A program made the position numbers and the translations under genes. A stretch of 29,148 bases of DNA from IMG/VR virus record IMGVR_UViG_3300010398_000448, positions 1 through 29,148 of that record. One strand, written 5' to 3'. Of the stretch, positions 1-6,992 are shown piece after piece (the first letter of the stretch is position 1; each line of letters opens with the position of its first letter). This DNA is from a virus. Taxonomy: Duplodnaviria; Caudoviricetes. The notes beneath the pieces are model-generated. The model was not told the DNA's origin and made no database searches. It worked only from the letters and a program-made list of their open reading frames with translations.

Positions 1-17
1 AACTCTAAAGTTTTCAT
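1..17 (-). CDS. 5' end of a leftward gene (MKTLE...), runs off the window
   Basis: ATG at 17-15 on the minus strand, preceded by GGAGG within GATCCTGGAGGATTT. Confidence 0.5.
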
Positions 18-92
18 AAATCCTCCAGGATCTTCAAGTCTTCTAGGGGCTTGTTCCCTAAAACATTTCCTGTAAGGCAGCTCGGCAAAGCA

Positions 93-251
93 TTAGCATT
101 GCGCGTCCCTCGTGAGTTGCCAGGCATCGAATATGAGCTTTGTTCGAAGTTCGCCTGTAGACAACCCGATCCAAAACGGAGTGTCAGTTTTGACGGTTGT
201 TAGCGCTGTCAAGTGATTGCGCTGTCTCTCAATTTTGTCCTTAAATTTCAT
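93..251 (-). CDS. Small hypothetical early protein, 52 aa (MKFKDKIERQRNHL...RDAQC), not in the ORF track
   Basis: Hand translation; strong SD GGAGG; directly downstream of a consensus promoter. Confidence 0.65.
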   Translation of the reverse strand: MKFKDKIERQRNHLTALTTVKTDTPFWIGLSTGELRTKLIFDAWQLTRDAQC

Positions 252-295
252 TTCAAATCCTCCAGGATCAAGTATTTAACTCCAACTCATCTTAC

Positions 296-309
296 TAAAC
301 CACAGTTTA
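296..309. promoter_or_regulatory. Palindromic operator copy 1, TAAAC-CACA-GTTTA
   Basis: Inverted repeat overlapping the -10 box; 13/14 identical to the copy at 1111-1124. Confidence 0.6.
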
Positions 310-332
310 AACGGGGCTAGAACTCTTGTCAA
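304..332 (-). promoter_or_regulatory. Leftward sigma70-type promoter TTGACA-17-TAAACT with A-rich UP element
   Basis: TTGACA at 332-327, 17-nt spacer, TAAACT at 309-304; AAAAAGTTAAAAAA upstream. Confidence 0.75.
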
Positions 333-413
333 GTACTATTTTTAACTTTTTGGTATCTGAACGTAAAATAAATGTGGAAAATTGGCGCTTGACGTGCTAT
401 CTACTAAGAATCT

Positions 414-728
414 ATGGTCACTCGAAAAACGCTTCCGATGGGAGAACACCATAAATGGGCTGTAACGAGAAACCTCGAAATTGCCCGCGGGGTGCAATTG
501 TTAAGAAGAGTTAGGTCGGCCGCAAGACCTGAGTTAATGCTTTGTTCCAAATGCCATCAGCCTAGATCTTTTCATGAAGGACCTAAACTAACTTGCCCAA
601 GGTTAGAGGGTATAAGCGAAAGGCAGCGGCAAGCACGCGCACACAATGCTTCTAGGATGCGCGAGGCCAGGATGGAGAAGTTCAGACAACGCGAGGAGCG
701 CAAGCGCTTGTTGGGTGAGAAGGGCTAG
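414..728 (+). CDS. Hypothetical basic protein with a CxxC...H...C possible Zn site
   Basis: ORF track; CSKCHQPRSFH..LTCP; start uncertain. Confidence 0.45.
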   Translation: MVTRKTLPMGEHHKWAVTRNLEIARGVQLLRRVRSAARPELMLCSKCHQPRSFHEGPKLTCPRLEGISERQRQARAHNASRMREARMEKFRQREERKRLLGEKG

Positions 729-1097
729 TAGTGTATACTTTCGGCTACAGATGTATGCCGTCCGGAAACGGGATTTTTAAACTGCTTAAAATCAGCGCCT
801 TATAGAGACGCTAGTTTCCATAATATTCGTTATCAGACGTAGAATTGTTACAACTTATGCGCCGACTGCCGACAACAAAGCAGATAGCGCTCGCGCTGCA
901 GCAAACGGCCAATCTTCAGCTATCCACAGACCACAATGGCATCGATCAACACGAAGCACAACAACGAGAGGAGATCGACAGCCCCTCCCACCTTGCCGAT
1001 CCGAAATCGACCTCGCCTGCTAAGTCCCCGCCTACCCCCTGCCGCGGCGCAGTCTCGCTCTCCCCTACAAAAAAAGTTTAAGTTTAAAAAAAAGGTC

Positions 1098-1126
1098 TTG
1101 ACTTTCACATTAAACCGCAGTTTACT
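1098..1126 (+). promoter_or_regulatory. Rightward promoter candidate TTGACT-17-TTTACT with A-tract UP element; contains operator copy 2 (TAAACCGCAGTTTA, 1111-1124)
   Basis: Good -35 match and spacing; -10 imperfect; ATG 1133 follows after 6 nt (possibly leaderless). Confidence 0.5.
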
Positions 1127-1132
1127 TGGGAC

Positions 1133-1186
1133 ATGCTGAGCCACGCCGACGCGCGCCGGACCCCGCTGCCTGACGGCAGCGTGCAG
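1133..1186 (+). pseudogene. N-terminal remnant of an N4/N6 DNA methyltransferase (HADARRTPLPDGSVQ)
   Basis: Resembles the GDAR.lPLPD.SV segment that precedes TSPPY in beta-class phage MTases; SPPY itself is absent. Confidence 0.55.
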
Positions 1187-1204
1187 GCAGGTGCGAGGAG
1201 AAAT

Positions 1205-1399
1205 ATGAACGAACCAACGCTAGAGCAAATGATCCAAGAACTCAAGGAGGCCGGATGGATCGAGTGCCCGACATGCCCGCTGCCAACTCACCGTCCGGCG
1301 GTTTGGAGGAGTCCGGGAGGTCAGGTTTTCCTCGGCCCTTATGGGGCATGGAAGAGAATGAATCTCGACAGAGAAGCGCTCAAACAATGCCAGCGCTAG
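1205..1399 (+). CDS. Hypothetical protein (MNEPTLEQ...), 64 aa, with CPTC and WRSPGG motifs
   Basis: SD GAGGAG before ATG 1205; in frame with ATG 1133. Confidence 0.6.
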   Translation: MNEPTLEQMIQELKEAGWIECPTCPLPTHRPAVWRSPGGQVFLGPYGAWKRMNLDREALKQCQR

Positions 1400-1593
1400 T
1401 TCTCGATCCATTCGCCGGCAGCGGCACACTGGAGATCGTCGCCCGACGCCTCGGCCTGCGCTGCGTATCGCTTGACTTAAGCCCCGATTATGCCAGACTG
1501 GCGCTTGCTCGGGCCCGGGACGCGGAGAAGACCGACGCCGACCGCGAGCGGGAAGGCTACGAAGAAGCTGGACAGATGAGGATGGTCTTATGA
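1387..1593 (+). pseudogene. C-terminal SAM-binding fragment of a DNA methyltransferase
   Basis: VLDPFAGSGT (motif I, FxGxG) followed by ARRLG..VSLDLSPDY; no catalytic motif IV. Confidence 0.8.
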
Positions 1594-1804
1594 ACGAGGA
1601 GCCGTGGCCTGATTCAGGAAATTATTCTGATCCAACACCGGAAATGCTTGAAGACCCGGCTTGGAAAGCTATATGGGAAGAGATCAAGCATTGGGACATC
1701 AATGTGCCAAGCCGGTACGGCGGGTACTGTACGGCAAATGGCAACCACGTTACAGCTATTTTTAAGGCGATTCAAAAGGTGAAGAGGCTGGACAGATGAG
1801 GATG
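1561..1804 (+). repeat. 24-bp direct repeat GAAGA(A/G)GCTGGACAGATGAGGATG at 1561-1584 and 1781-1804
   Basis: 23/24 identity, read directly; flanks ORF 1590-1799. Confidence 0.9.
1590..1799 (+). CDS. Hypothetical protein, 69 aa
   Basis: ATGA overlap with the upstream frame; protein-like composition. Confidence 0.7.
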   Translation: MNEEPWPDSGNYSDPTPEMLEDPAWKAIWEEIKHWDINVPSRYGGYCTANGNHVTAIFKAIQKVKRLDR

Positions 1805-1821
1805 TTTGCGGAGGTAAAAAG

Positions 1822-2175
1822 ATGAAAGTCGGCATTGGGATTGCGCTGCTGGTAGCATGGACCACATTGGTCGGCTTTGTTTCCTACCGAGTTACATCGC
1901 GCCATGTTCGTGGAAAAGTAGAGAACGGCCATATTGCGTTCTTGGACATTGAGCCAAGTCTAGACAAAAATTGGACTATTATAGGAGATGCTGTGGCTAT
2001 AAGGCCTGGATGGCACGTTACAATCACGAATATTAATATTGATGAAGAAAGAAAGACAGTAGAGATTATACCACCGACCCCCGGGCCTTGCTCAGATTTG
2101 TTTAAACATGCTGCGGAGGTGAGAAATGCAGGCAATTCTAGCGGTTCTAATGGCAACGGGGCTGGTGGCGGTTAA
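1822..2175 (+). CDS. Hypothetical protein with N-terminal TM/signal anchor
   Basis: SD GGAGG; hydrophobic residues 3-21. Confidence 0.7.
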   Translation: MKVGIGIALLVAWTTLVGFVSYRVTSRHVRGKVENGHIAFLDIEPSLDKNWTIIGDAVAIRPGWHVTITNINIDEERKTVEIIPPTPGPCSDLFKHAAEVRNAGNSSGSNGNGAGGG

Positions 2176-2878
2176 GGAGCCGCAAGAAGCGCTCATGCCA
2201 TCGCCGCAGGCGACACTGGTGGGTAAACTGACCTATGGGGAAGGCTACGGCTCTGTTGCCGTCGGCGCCAACCGGATTGAGACAATCACGCTTATCAATA
2301 ATGGAACGGCGAGCGTCACGGTCTCCAAGGTTACCTATACCGATGGGGCGTTCTCAACTTATTCGCCTACGCTGCCGCTGACCCTGCCGACCGGAAGTGC
2401 GATGTCCTTGCAGATTAAGTTTATGCCTACGGTCGTAAAACCGTACTCGGCTAATTGTAACGTTTACTCAAATATCCCGACGCATACTTTTGTGCTGACC
2501 GGGACCGGGATTAAGGCCCCTGCGACCCAGCACTCGGTCAACTTGACGTGGAATGCCTCAACGTCGCCGGTGAACGGCTACAACGTGTATCGCGGCATTG
2601 CTCACGGCGGTCCTTACAGTAAACTCAACGCCGGCTTGGTTACGCCTCTCACCTATACGGACTCAACGGTGAGTTCCGGCCAGACGTATTATTACGTTAC
2701 TACTGCGGTCGATGCACAACTCAGAGAAAGTCCTTATTCCAACGAGTTCACGGCTGGTGTTGCTGTTTCCTTCTTTTCTAGGGCCAATATTGAGTTGATA
2801 TTGCTGATTGCGCTGGTTCTTGCGATTGTGATTTACTTCGCATGGTATAAGAATCGGAGGAGGCATGAACCGGTTTGA
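2126..2878 (+). CDS. Membrane-anchored Ig-like (ASH/choice-of-anchor-D-like) + fibronectin type III protein
   Basis: TITLINNGTASVTVS..F..L....IKF.PT Ig-like pattern; Fn3 LTWNAST..GYNVYR..YTD..V..G.TYYYVTTAVD..ES.YSN; C-terminal TM + basic tail; SD GGAGGT. Confidence 0.8.
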   Translation: MQAILAVLMATGLVAVKEPQEALMPSPQATLVGKLTYGEGYGSVAVGANRIETITLINNGTASVTVSKVTYTDGAFSTYSPTLPLTLPTGSAMSLQIKFMPTVVKPYSANCNVYSNIPTHTFVLTGTGIKAPATQHSVNLTWNASTSPVNGYNVYRGIAHGGPYSKLNAGLVTPLTYTDSTVSSGQTYYYVTTAVDAQLRESPYSNEFTAGVAVSFFSRANIELILLIALVLAIVIYFAWYKNRRRHEPV

Positions 2879-3269
2879 TCCAATGCCCCCGGGTGGTCTT
2901 CCTCGCCGGCGCGGTCGCCCGCCGAAGATCCGTGCCCTAGCTGCGCTCGCGAAGGCCGATACCGCGGGCCAGGAACTTACCAAGCCCGAACGGTCGGCTT
3001 TGACCTATGCCGAGCGGCGCCCAGAACGAATTCTCACGCGCTATCTCATCGAAGAACTTCAGCGTGTCCTGCCAAACGGGATCGACCGGGCTAAACAAAT
3101 TGTAGATAAACTGATTCAGAAAGCCGCCGAGGGTGATAATATCGCTATCCAATATATATGGGACCGGGTTGAAGGCAAAGTTCCAGCGCCGATTACTGGC
3201 GGGGATGGCGGGCCTGTTGAAATCAACGTGCGGGTAATTGCGCTCGGTGCGGTAGTCGATGGATCTTGA
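2865..3269 (+). CDS. terS: Terminase small subunit-like protein (DUF5681-like)
   Basis: GRPPK, A.EGD..AI.YIWDRVEGK, TGGDGGPVEI motifs; immediately upstream of terL; SD GGAGG. Confidence 0.7.
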   Translation: MNRFDPMPPGGLPRRRGRPPKIRALAALAKADTAGQELTKPERSALTYAERRPERILTRYLIEELQRVLPNGIDRAKQIVDKLIQKAAEGDNIAIQYIWDRVEGKVPAPITGGDGGPVEINVRVIALGAVVDGS

Positions 3270-4764
3270 TATCCAGCTCCAGCCGAAGCAAATGCTGTAT
3301 CTGCAGCTCGTCAAGTCTGGCAAACCGACTTGGCTGGGCATGGGCGGGTCGCGCGGCGGGGCAAAATCCTTCACCCTTCAAGCAATCCAGATTATAAGGC
3401 GCCTCGAGAACCCCGGAACCCCCGGTGTCATCATCCGTCGCACCTACCCTAGCCTTAAAGAAAACCACATCGACCAAATCTTCCTGCACTGGCCCGAACT
3501 GCGCCAATATTGGCGGGCCTCGGACAAGGAAATCCGCTTTCCGAACAATTCCAGCCTCTTTTTCCGTTCCGCTGAGACTTCCGAGGACGTTGCAAAGATG
3601 ATCGGAACTCAATACATGGACGCCGGCATTGACCAGGCCGAGCAATTCACTGAGCGCGAATTGAACACTTTTAAAAGCTGCGTCCGCTGGCCCGGTAAGA
3701 GTCCAGCCTTTTGCAAGCTGCTGCTGACCTTCAACCCGGGTGGCATCGGGGCGAACTTTCTTAACCGGATTTTCTACAAGCACCAGTACAACGAGAACGA
3801 GCAGGCCGAGGACTACGAATTTATCCAAGCCTTCGGTTGGGACAACTGGGAATGGGCAAAAGGGGCGCTCTTAGAGGAAGGTCTCACCTCCAGGGATTAT
3901 TACTCCTGGAACTCCGACAAGCGATTTGATTATTTCATCAAGAAATCCCAGTACGGCCGCGATCTCAATTCCCTGCCTCAAACCCTGCGTATTGGCTGGC
4001 TGCTGGGTTCTATGGAAAAGTTCGCCGGCCAGTATTACGACTGCTTCAGCTATGAGCGCCATATACGCCCCTGCCGACCCCAGCCTTGGGATGTTCGGAC
4101 TATCGGCATAGACTGGGGCTTTGCGCATCCCTCGGCGGTACTGTGGCAAGCCCAAACGGGAGGCCGAACGATTTTCTACAAGGAATTCTGCCAACCGGGC
4201 CGGTCCCCGCGGGCGCTCGCGCAGGAGATCATAGATAGAACCCCGGCTGACGAGCGCAAGCACATCCGTAAGATTTTTCTTTCCCATGACGCCTTTGCTA
4301 AACGCGATGAGCGCGACACGATAGCGCAGCAGATGGCAGATGTTTTCGTGGGCAGCGGCCTGCCCTATCCCGAGGCCGGCTCAAAGGATGTTGAGGGCCG
4401 AGCGATGTTGCTGTATACAATGTTTCAGAGGGACGAAGTTGTTATTGATCCCTGTTGTTCAAAGCTCATCGAGACCATTCCGATGATTTGCCATAGTCAG
4501 GAAGAAGGCAAGGAAGAACAAACCATAAAGTTTGATGGCGATGATTCGGTAGACGCTGCGTGGTACTCGCTGACCTACCGCCTGCCGGGGGCCTCGAAGC
4601 CGAAAGAAGTTCAACTTATGGAGAAGGCAAACGAGATTTCAGATCCTGTGCGCCGCTGGTGGTTCCTGAGGAACAACACCAAGAAGCCCAAGTCTTCGAC
4701 GGTCAGCCCGAACGTAGTCATGGCGTGGCAGAAATTGAAGCCGAGGAGTCCCTACGTTGTATGA
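3259..4764 (+). CDS. terL: Terminase large subunit
   Basis: LQPKQ Q-motif, Walker A GGSRGGAKS, IIRRTY, Walker B-like AGIDQAEQF, LTFNPGG coupling motif, nuclease GIDWG and DDSVDA. Confidence 0.93.
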   Translation: MDLDIQLQPKQMLYLQLVKSGKPTWLGMGGSRGGAKSFTLQAIQIIRRLENPGTPGVIIRRTYPSLKENHIDQIFLHWPELRQYWRASDKEIRFPNNSSLFFRSAETSEDVAKMIGTQYMDAGIDQAEQFTERELNTFKSCVRWPGKSPAFCKLLLTFNPGGIGANFLNRIFYKHQYNENEQAEDYEFIQAFGWDNWEWAKGALLEEGLTSRDYYSWNSDKRFDYFIKKSQYGRDLNSLPQTLRIGWLLGSMEKFAGQYYDCFSYERHIRPCRPQPWDVRTIGIDWGFAHPSAVLWQAQTGGRTIFYKEFCQPGRSPRALAQEIIDRTPADERKHIRKIFLSHDAFAKRDERDTIAQQMADVFVGSGLPYPEAGSKDVEGRAMLLYTMFQRDEVVIDPCCSKLIETIPMICHSQEEGKEEQTIKFDGDDSVDAAWYSLTYRLPGASKPKEVQLMEKANEISDPVRRWWFLRNNTKKPKSSTVSPNVVMAWQKLKPRSPYVV

Positions 4765-5111
4765 CTATAATAGAAGCAGATAGAATAATTGAGCAGCGCG
4801 AGCACGAACTAAATCAGATTTTAGGGAAATATAAACTGAATATAGAAACACTTCAGATTGAAGCTTGTCTTCCTCCGGCTTATATCCGTCTACAGGAAAA
4901 TGGGAAACTAGAATGCTTCTGTTTTCGGCTTGTCTTCACTGATTACGGGATGTTTTATGAATGTATGGAACCGGGCTGTCGAGGGGCAGGGTGCCCGGTA
5001 TTTGACGGAAAAATTGTCCCCCCCGAGGTTGCGAAGCGGCTTGAGACTCATGTGTTTCTTTGCCATGTAAACCTTCCCGGAGACTCCCATGTTATCAAGG
5101 TCAAGCGATAA
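4761..5111 (+). CDS. Cys-rich hypothetical protein (MTIIEADR...), true start likely 4761
   Basis: ATGA overlap with the terL stop; CFC, CMEPGCRGAGCP. Confidence 0.6.
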   Translation: MTIIEADRIIEQREHELNQILGKYKLNIETLQIEACLPPAYIRLQENGKLECFCFRLVFTDYGMFYECMEPGCRGAGCPVFDGKIVPPEVAKRLETHVFLCHVNLPGDSHVIKVKR

Positions 5112-5364
5112 AGCACTTATTACCGAGTTGCTGGCCGACAAATCCAGGCTGATTCAGGAAAACCAAAAGCTTAAGGAACAGCTGACTAGCCTGCTAGACA
5201 CGATCAAGAAGTTTTCCGAGGGCCTGAAGCAGATGCAGGAGCAACCGCGCATGGTTCGACCTAAAATCCCAATCCCCGAGTATTATCGCAACGAGATAGA
5301 CTGGCAACGCGCCGGCATGACTCAACCTGAGCCGGAAGATATGCTGCAAGCGAGGCGAAAATGA
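5089..5364 (+). CDS. Hypothetical coiled-coil protein
   Basis: Heptad-like L/I pattern; coupled to neighbouring genes. Confidence 0.7.
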   Translation: MLSRSSDKALITELLADKSRLIQENQKLKEQLTSLLDTIKKFSEGLKQMQEQPRMVRPKIPIPEYYRNEIDWQRAGMTQPEPEDMLQARRK

Positions 5365-5546
5365 GAATAGTCTTGACAACTGGCCTTTTATGTGGCACGT
5401 GTCAGAGTCCCATGCACCCGCACATCGTTCCGGGCAAAAAGACGACTTTGGAATGCACGAACCCCAATTGTACCGAGTGCGGAATGCAAGTTTTGGCCCC
5501 CGAAATTGAGCCGGTTGTGGAACCTGAGATTTTGGAGCAAAAGTAA
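5361..5546 (+). CDS. Small zinc-ribbon protein
   Basis: CGTC...CTNPNCTEC; ATGA and TAATG overlaps. Confidence 0.7.
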   Translation: MRIVLTTGLLCGTCQSPMHPHIVPGKKTTLECTNPNCTECGMQVLAPEIEPVVEPEILEQK

Positions 5547-5983
5547 TGCGCTACCGTGCCGGAGATGGAAGGGTGTTCCCGAATGTTCAACAAGGAAGGC
5601 AGTACGATTACTACCTGCAAAGCTTGCCCGGTCGTGGCCGGGAGATGACAAACCAAGCCCCTGGTGGCCCTGCACATGAAATGGCCGTCCGTAACCACGG
5701 CACAGCTAAGGAGCTCCATATCGTCTACCAGGGCCCCTCGCGCTGGCGGGCTACTTCGGTTCATGCCGATGGTCATCGCCATACCGAGGTCCGGCCCGAA
5801 GCATACTTGGCGCACCAGATTGGCGGAACTTTGCTCGGATCCGACAACCCGCCGCTCGGTATAGCTACACACCGCAACTCGCGCAATCAGCCCATCGGCC
5901 CCAAGGAAAATGACGAGATACGCAAGGCTGACCGCCGCGAGCGCGACGACGCGATAGAGTTTGACGATTACGAACGGGATTGA
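5546..5983 (+). CDS. Hypothetical protein (His-rich beta segment, acidic tail)
   Basis: TAATG coupling; operon position. Confidence 0.7.
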   Translation: MRYRAGDGRVFPNVQQGRQYDYYLQSLPGRGREMTNQAPGGPAHEMAVRNHGTAKELHIVYQGPSRWRATSVHADGHRHTEVRPEAYLAHQIGGTLLGSDNPPLGIATHRNSRNQPIGPKENDEIRKADRRERDDAIEFDDYERD

Positions 5984-5985
5984 TC

Positions 5986-6077
5986 TTGGCCGGCCACCGC
6001 CTGTTTGAACGCGTAGGCTAAGTGAGCTGGATACCAACCACTATTCTCGGAAAGCTTCAGCGGGCGGAACCGGCCAA
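5986..6077 (+). other. Long imperfect intergenic stem-loop
   Basis: TTGGCCGG/CCGGCCAA and CCGCCTGTT(T)GAA/TTCAGCGGGCGG arms. Confidence 0.65.
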
Positions 6078-6083
6078 CAAGGA

Positions 6084-6302
6084 GTGAATGTGCCAGAATT
6101 TCTTAAGAAGAAGCTAAAAGCCCAAGCTGAAGAAAAGGGCTACAGCGGTGACCGGGCTGACAAGTACGTTTACGGGACTATGAACAAGATGGGTGCAATG
6201 CACGGTTCAGAGGAAACCGCAAAAGGCCGCGCAATGCAGAAAAAGCATGAAGGTAAGAAGGGTTGGGCCGGCCGAGCTTCTGAGATGAAGAATGGCAAAT
6301 GA
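6084..6302 (+). CDS. Small basic hypothetical phage protein (YVYGTM motif)
   Basis: Lys-rich ORF; AAGGAG upstream; overlaps the next gene. Confidence 0.7.
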   Translation: MNVPEFLKKKLKAQAEEKGYSGDRADKYVYGTMNKMGAMHGSEETAKGRAMQKKHEGKKGWAGRASEMKNGK

Positions 6303-6537
6303 GCAGGATGAGTTCGGAACAGAGTATTCTCATTACGCAGCATCGAAGCATGGCCCCTTCCGCTGCGACAACTGCACCCACTTTTCCGACCCCCACTATT
6401 GCTCACACCCTAAAGTTATCGAAGACGCGCCGAGCGGAGAAGAAGGGCTTAAACTTGGCAAACGCGATGAAGGCCGTCAAGAAGCGGCGATAGTTCAAGC
6501 CGCAGGCTGTTGTGGATACTGGTGGCCGAAGTCATGA
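6292..6537 (+). CDS. HiPIP-like Cys-motif protein
   Basis: CDNCTHF...C...V..AGCCGYW resembles the HiPIP C-x2-C...C...V...GWC..W pattern. Confidence 0.55.
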   Translation: MANEQDEFGTEYSHYAASKHGPFRCDNCTHFSDPHYCSHPKVIEDAPSGEEGLKLGKRDEGRQEAAIVQAAGCCGYWWPKS

Positions 6538-6915
6538 ATATTGGTTTTTATGGCGACCTTTACGTGCACAATCTTTCATATTGGCTTTATGATTTCCAAG
6601 GAATAAATGGTCTGGTCTAGTACAAGTCCTAGTATCACATTTATGGAGAACCCATTTTCCTTCTGGAATTAGTCCAAAATGGATTACCCAGGATATTCTA
6701 TGTGCGGAGTAAACCGTTTTGTTTCCAGTGTGAATTCTTGTTACATGAATTTGTCCGTAGCCTGTCTCGGCAGCGATAGTTCCATGCCATTTCCAGCAAG
6801 GCCCGAGATGTGGAACATGGAGAGGTATTGGACCATCTTTGTCAATACTGGACCAAAATCTTTGTCGAATAGAGACCTTTCGACCTCGGGAAGGAATATA
6901 ATCCAAATCAAGCAT
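6532..6915 (-). CDS. HNH homing endonuclease (HNH_3-type)
   Basis: RFWS.IDK..CW.W.G..GYG..AHRISW..H.G.IPEG..VLHKCD...C.RPDHLFLG....N..D; SD GGAG; lower GC. Confidence 0.9.
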   Translation of the reverse strand: MLDLDYIPSRGRKVSIRQRFWSSIDKDGPIPLHVPHLGPCWKWHGTIAAETGYGQIHVTRIHTGNKTVYSAHRISWVIHFGLIPEGKWVLHKCDTRTCTRPDHLFLGNHKANMKDCARKGRHKNQYS

Positions 6916-6987
6916 TTCGGGCTCCTTTCCAGCCTGATTGCTTAGGGGTCGAGCGGCGCTATAACGTCGCTCGTCTCCGACATTATA
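6910..6987. promoter_or_regulatory. Twin-hairpin + TGnTATAAT module upstream of HNH-1
   Basis: Hairpins at 6910-6943 and 6945-6978; minus-strand TGATATAAT (-10 at 6987-6982). Confidence 0.7.
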
Positions 6988-6992
6988 TCACT

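Noticed and set aside
845-1144. Three overlapping short ORFs (845-1081, 936-1139, 920-1144 minus)
   Set aside because: No SD, low-complexity translations, and they run through A-tracts and promoter elements; more likely non-coding.
1181-1200. GTGCG near the MTase break as a group II intron 5' end
   Set aside because: The interval is only about 200 bp, has no domain V-like hairpin, and removing it would not restore the missing SPPY core.
4560-4760. Long 5' extensions of ORFs 4560, 10162, 13533, 20088 and 24431 in the ORF track
   Set aside because: They overlap upstream genes; coupled or SD-supported internal starts (4761, 10237, 13725, 20112, 24533) fit better.
5402-6037. 211-aa minus-strand ORF, and similar antisense ORFs such as 3223-3828 and 20817-21683
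   Set aside because: Shadows of well-supported, coupled + strand genes in GC-rich DNA; no recognisable motifs.
6001-6060. Hammerhead or other small ribozyme inside the 5986-6077 stem
   Set aside because: GAAA is present but the CUGANGA core is not (CTAAGTGA); no twister, pistol or HDV consensus could be fitted by eye.
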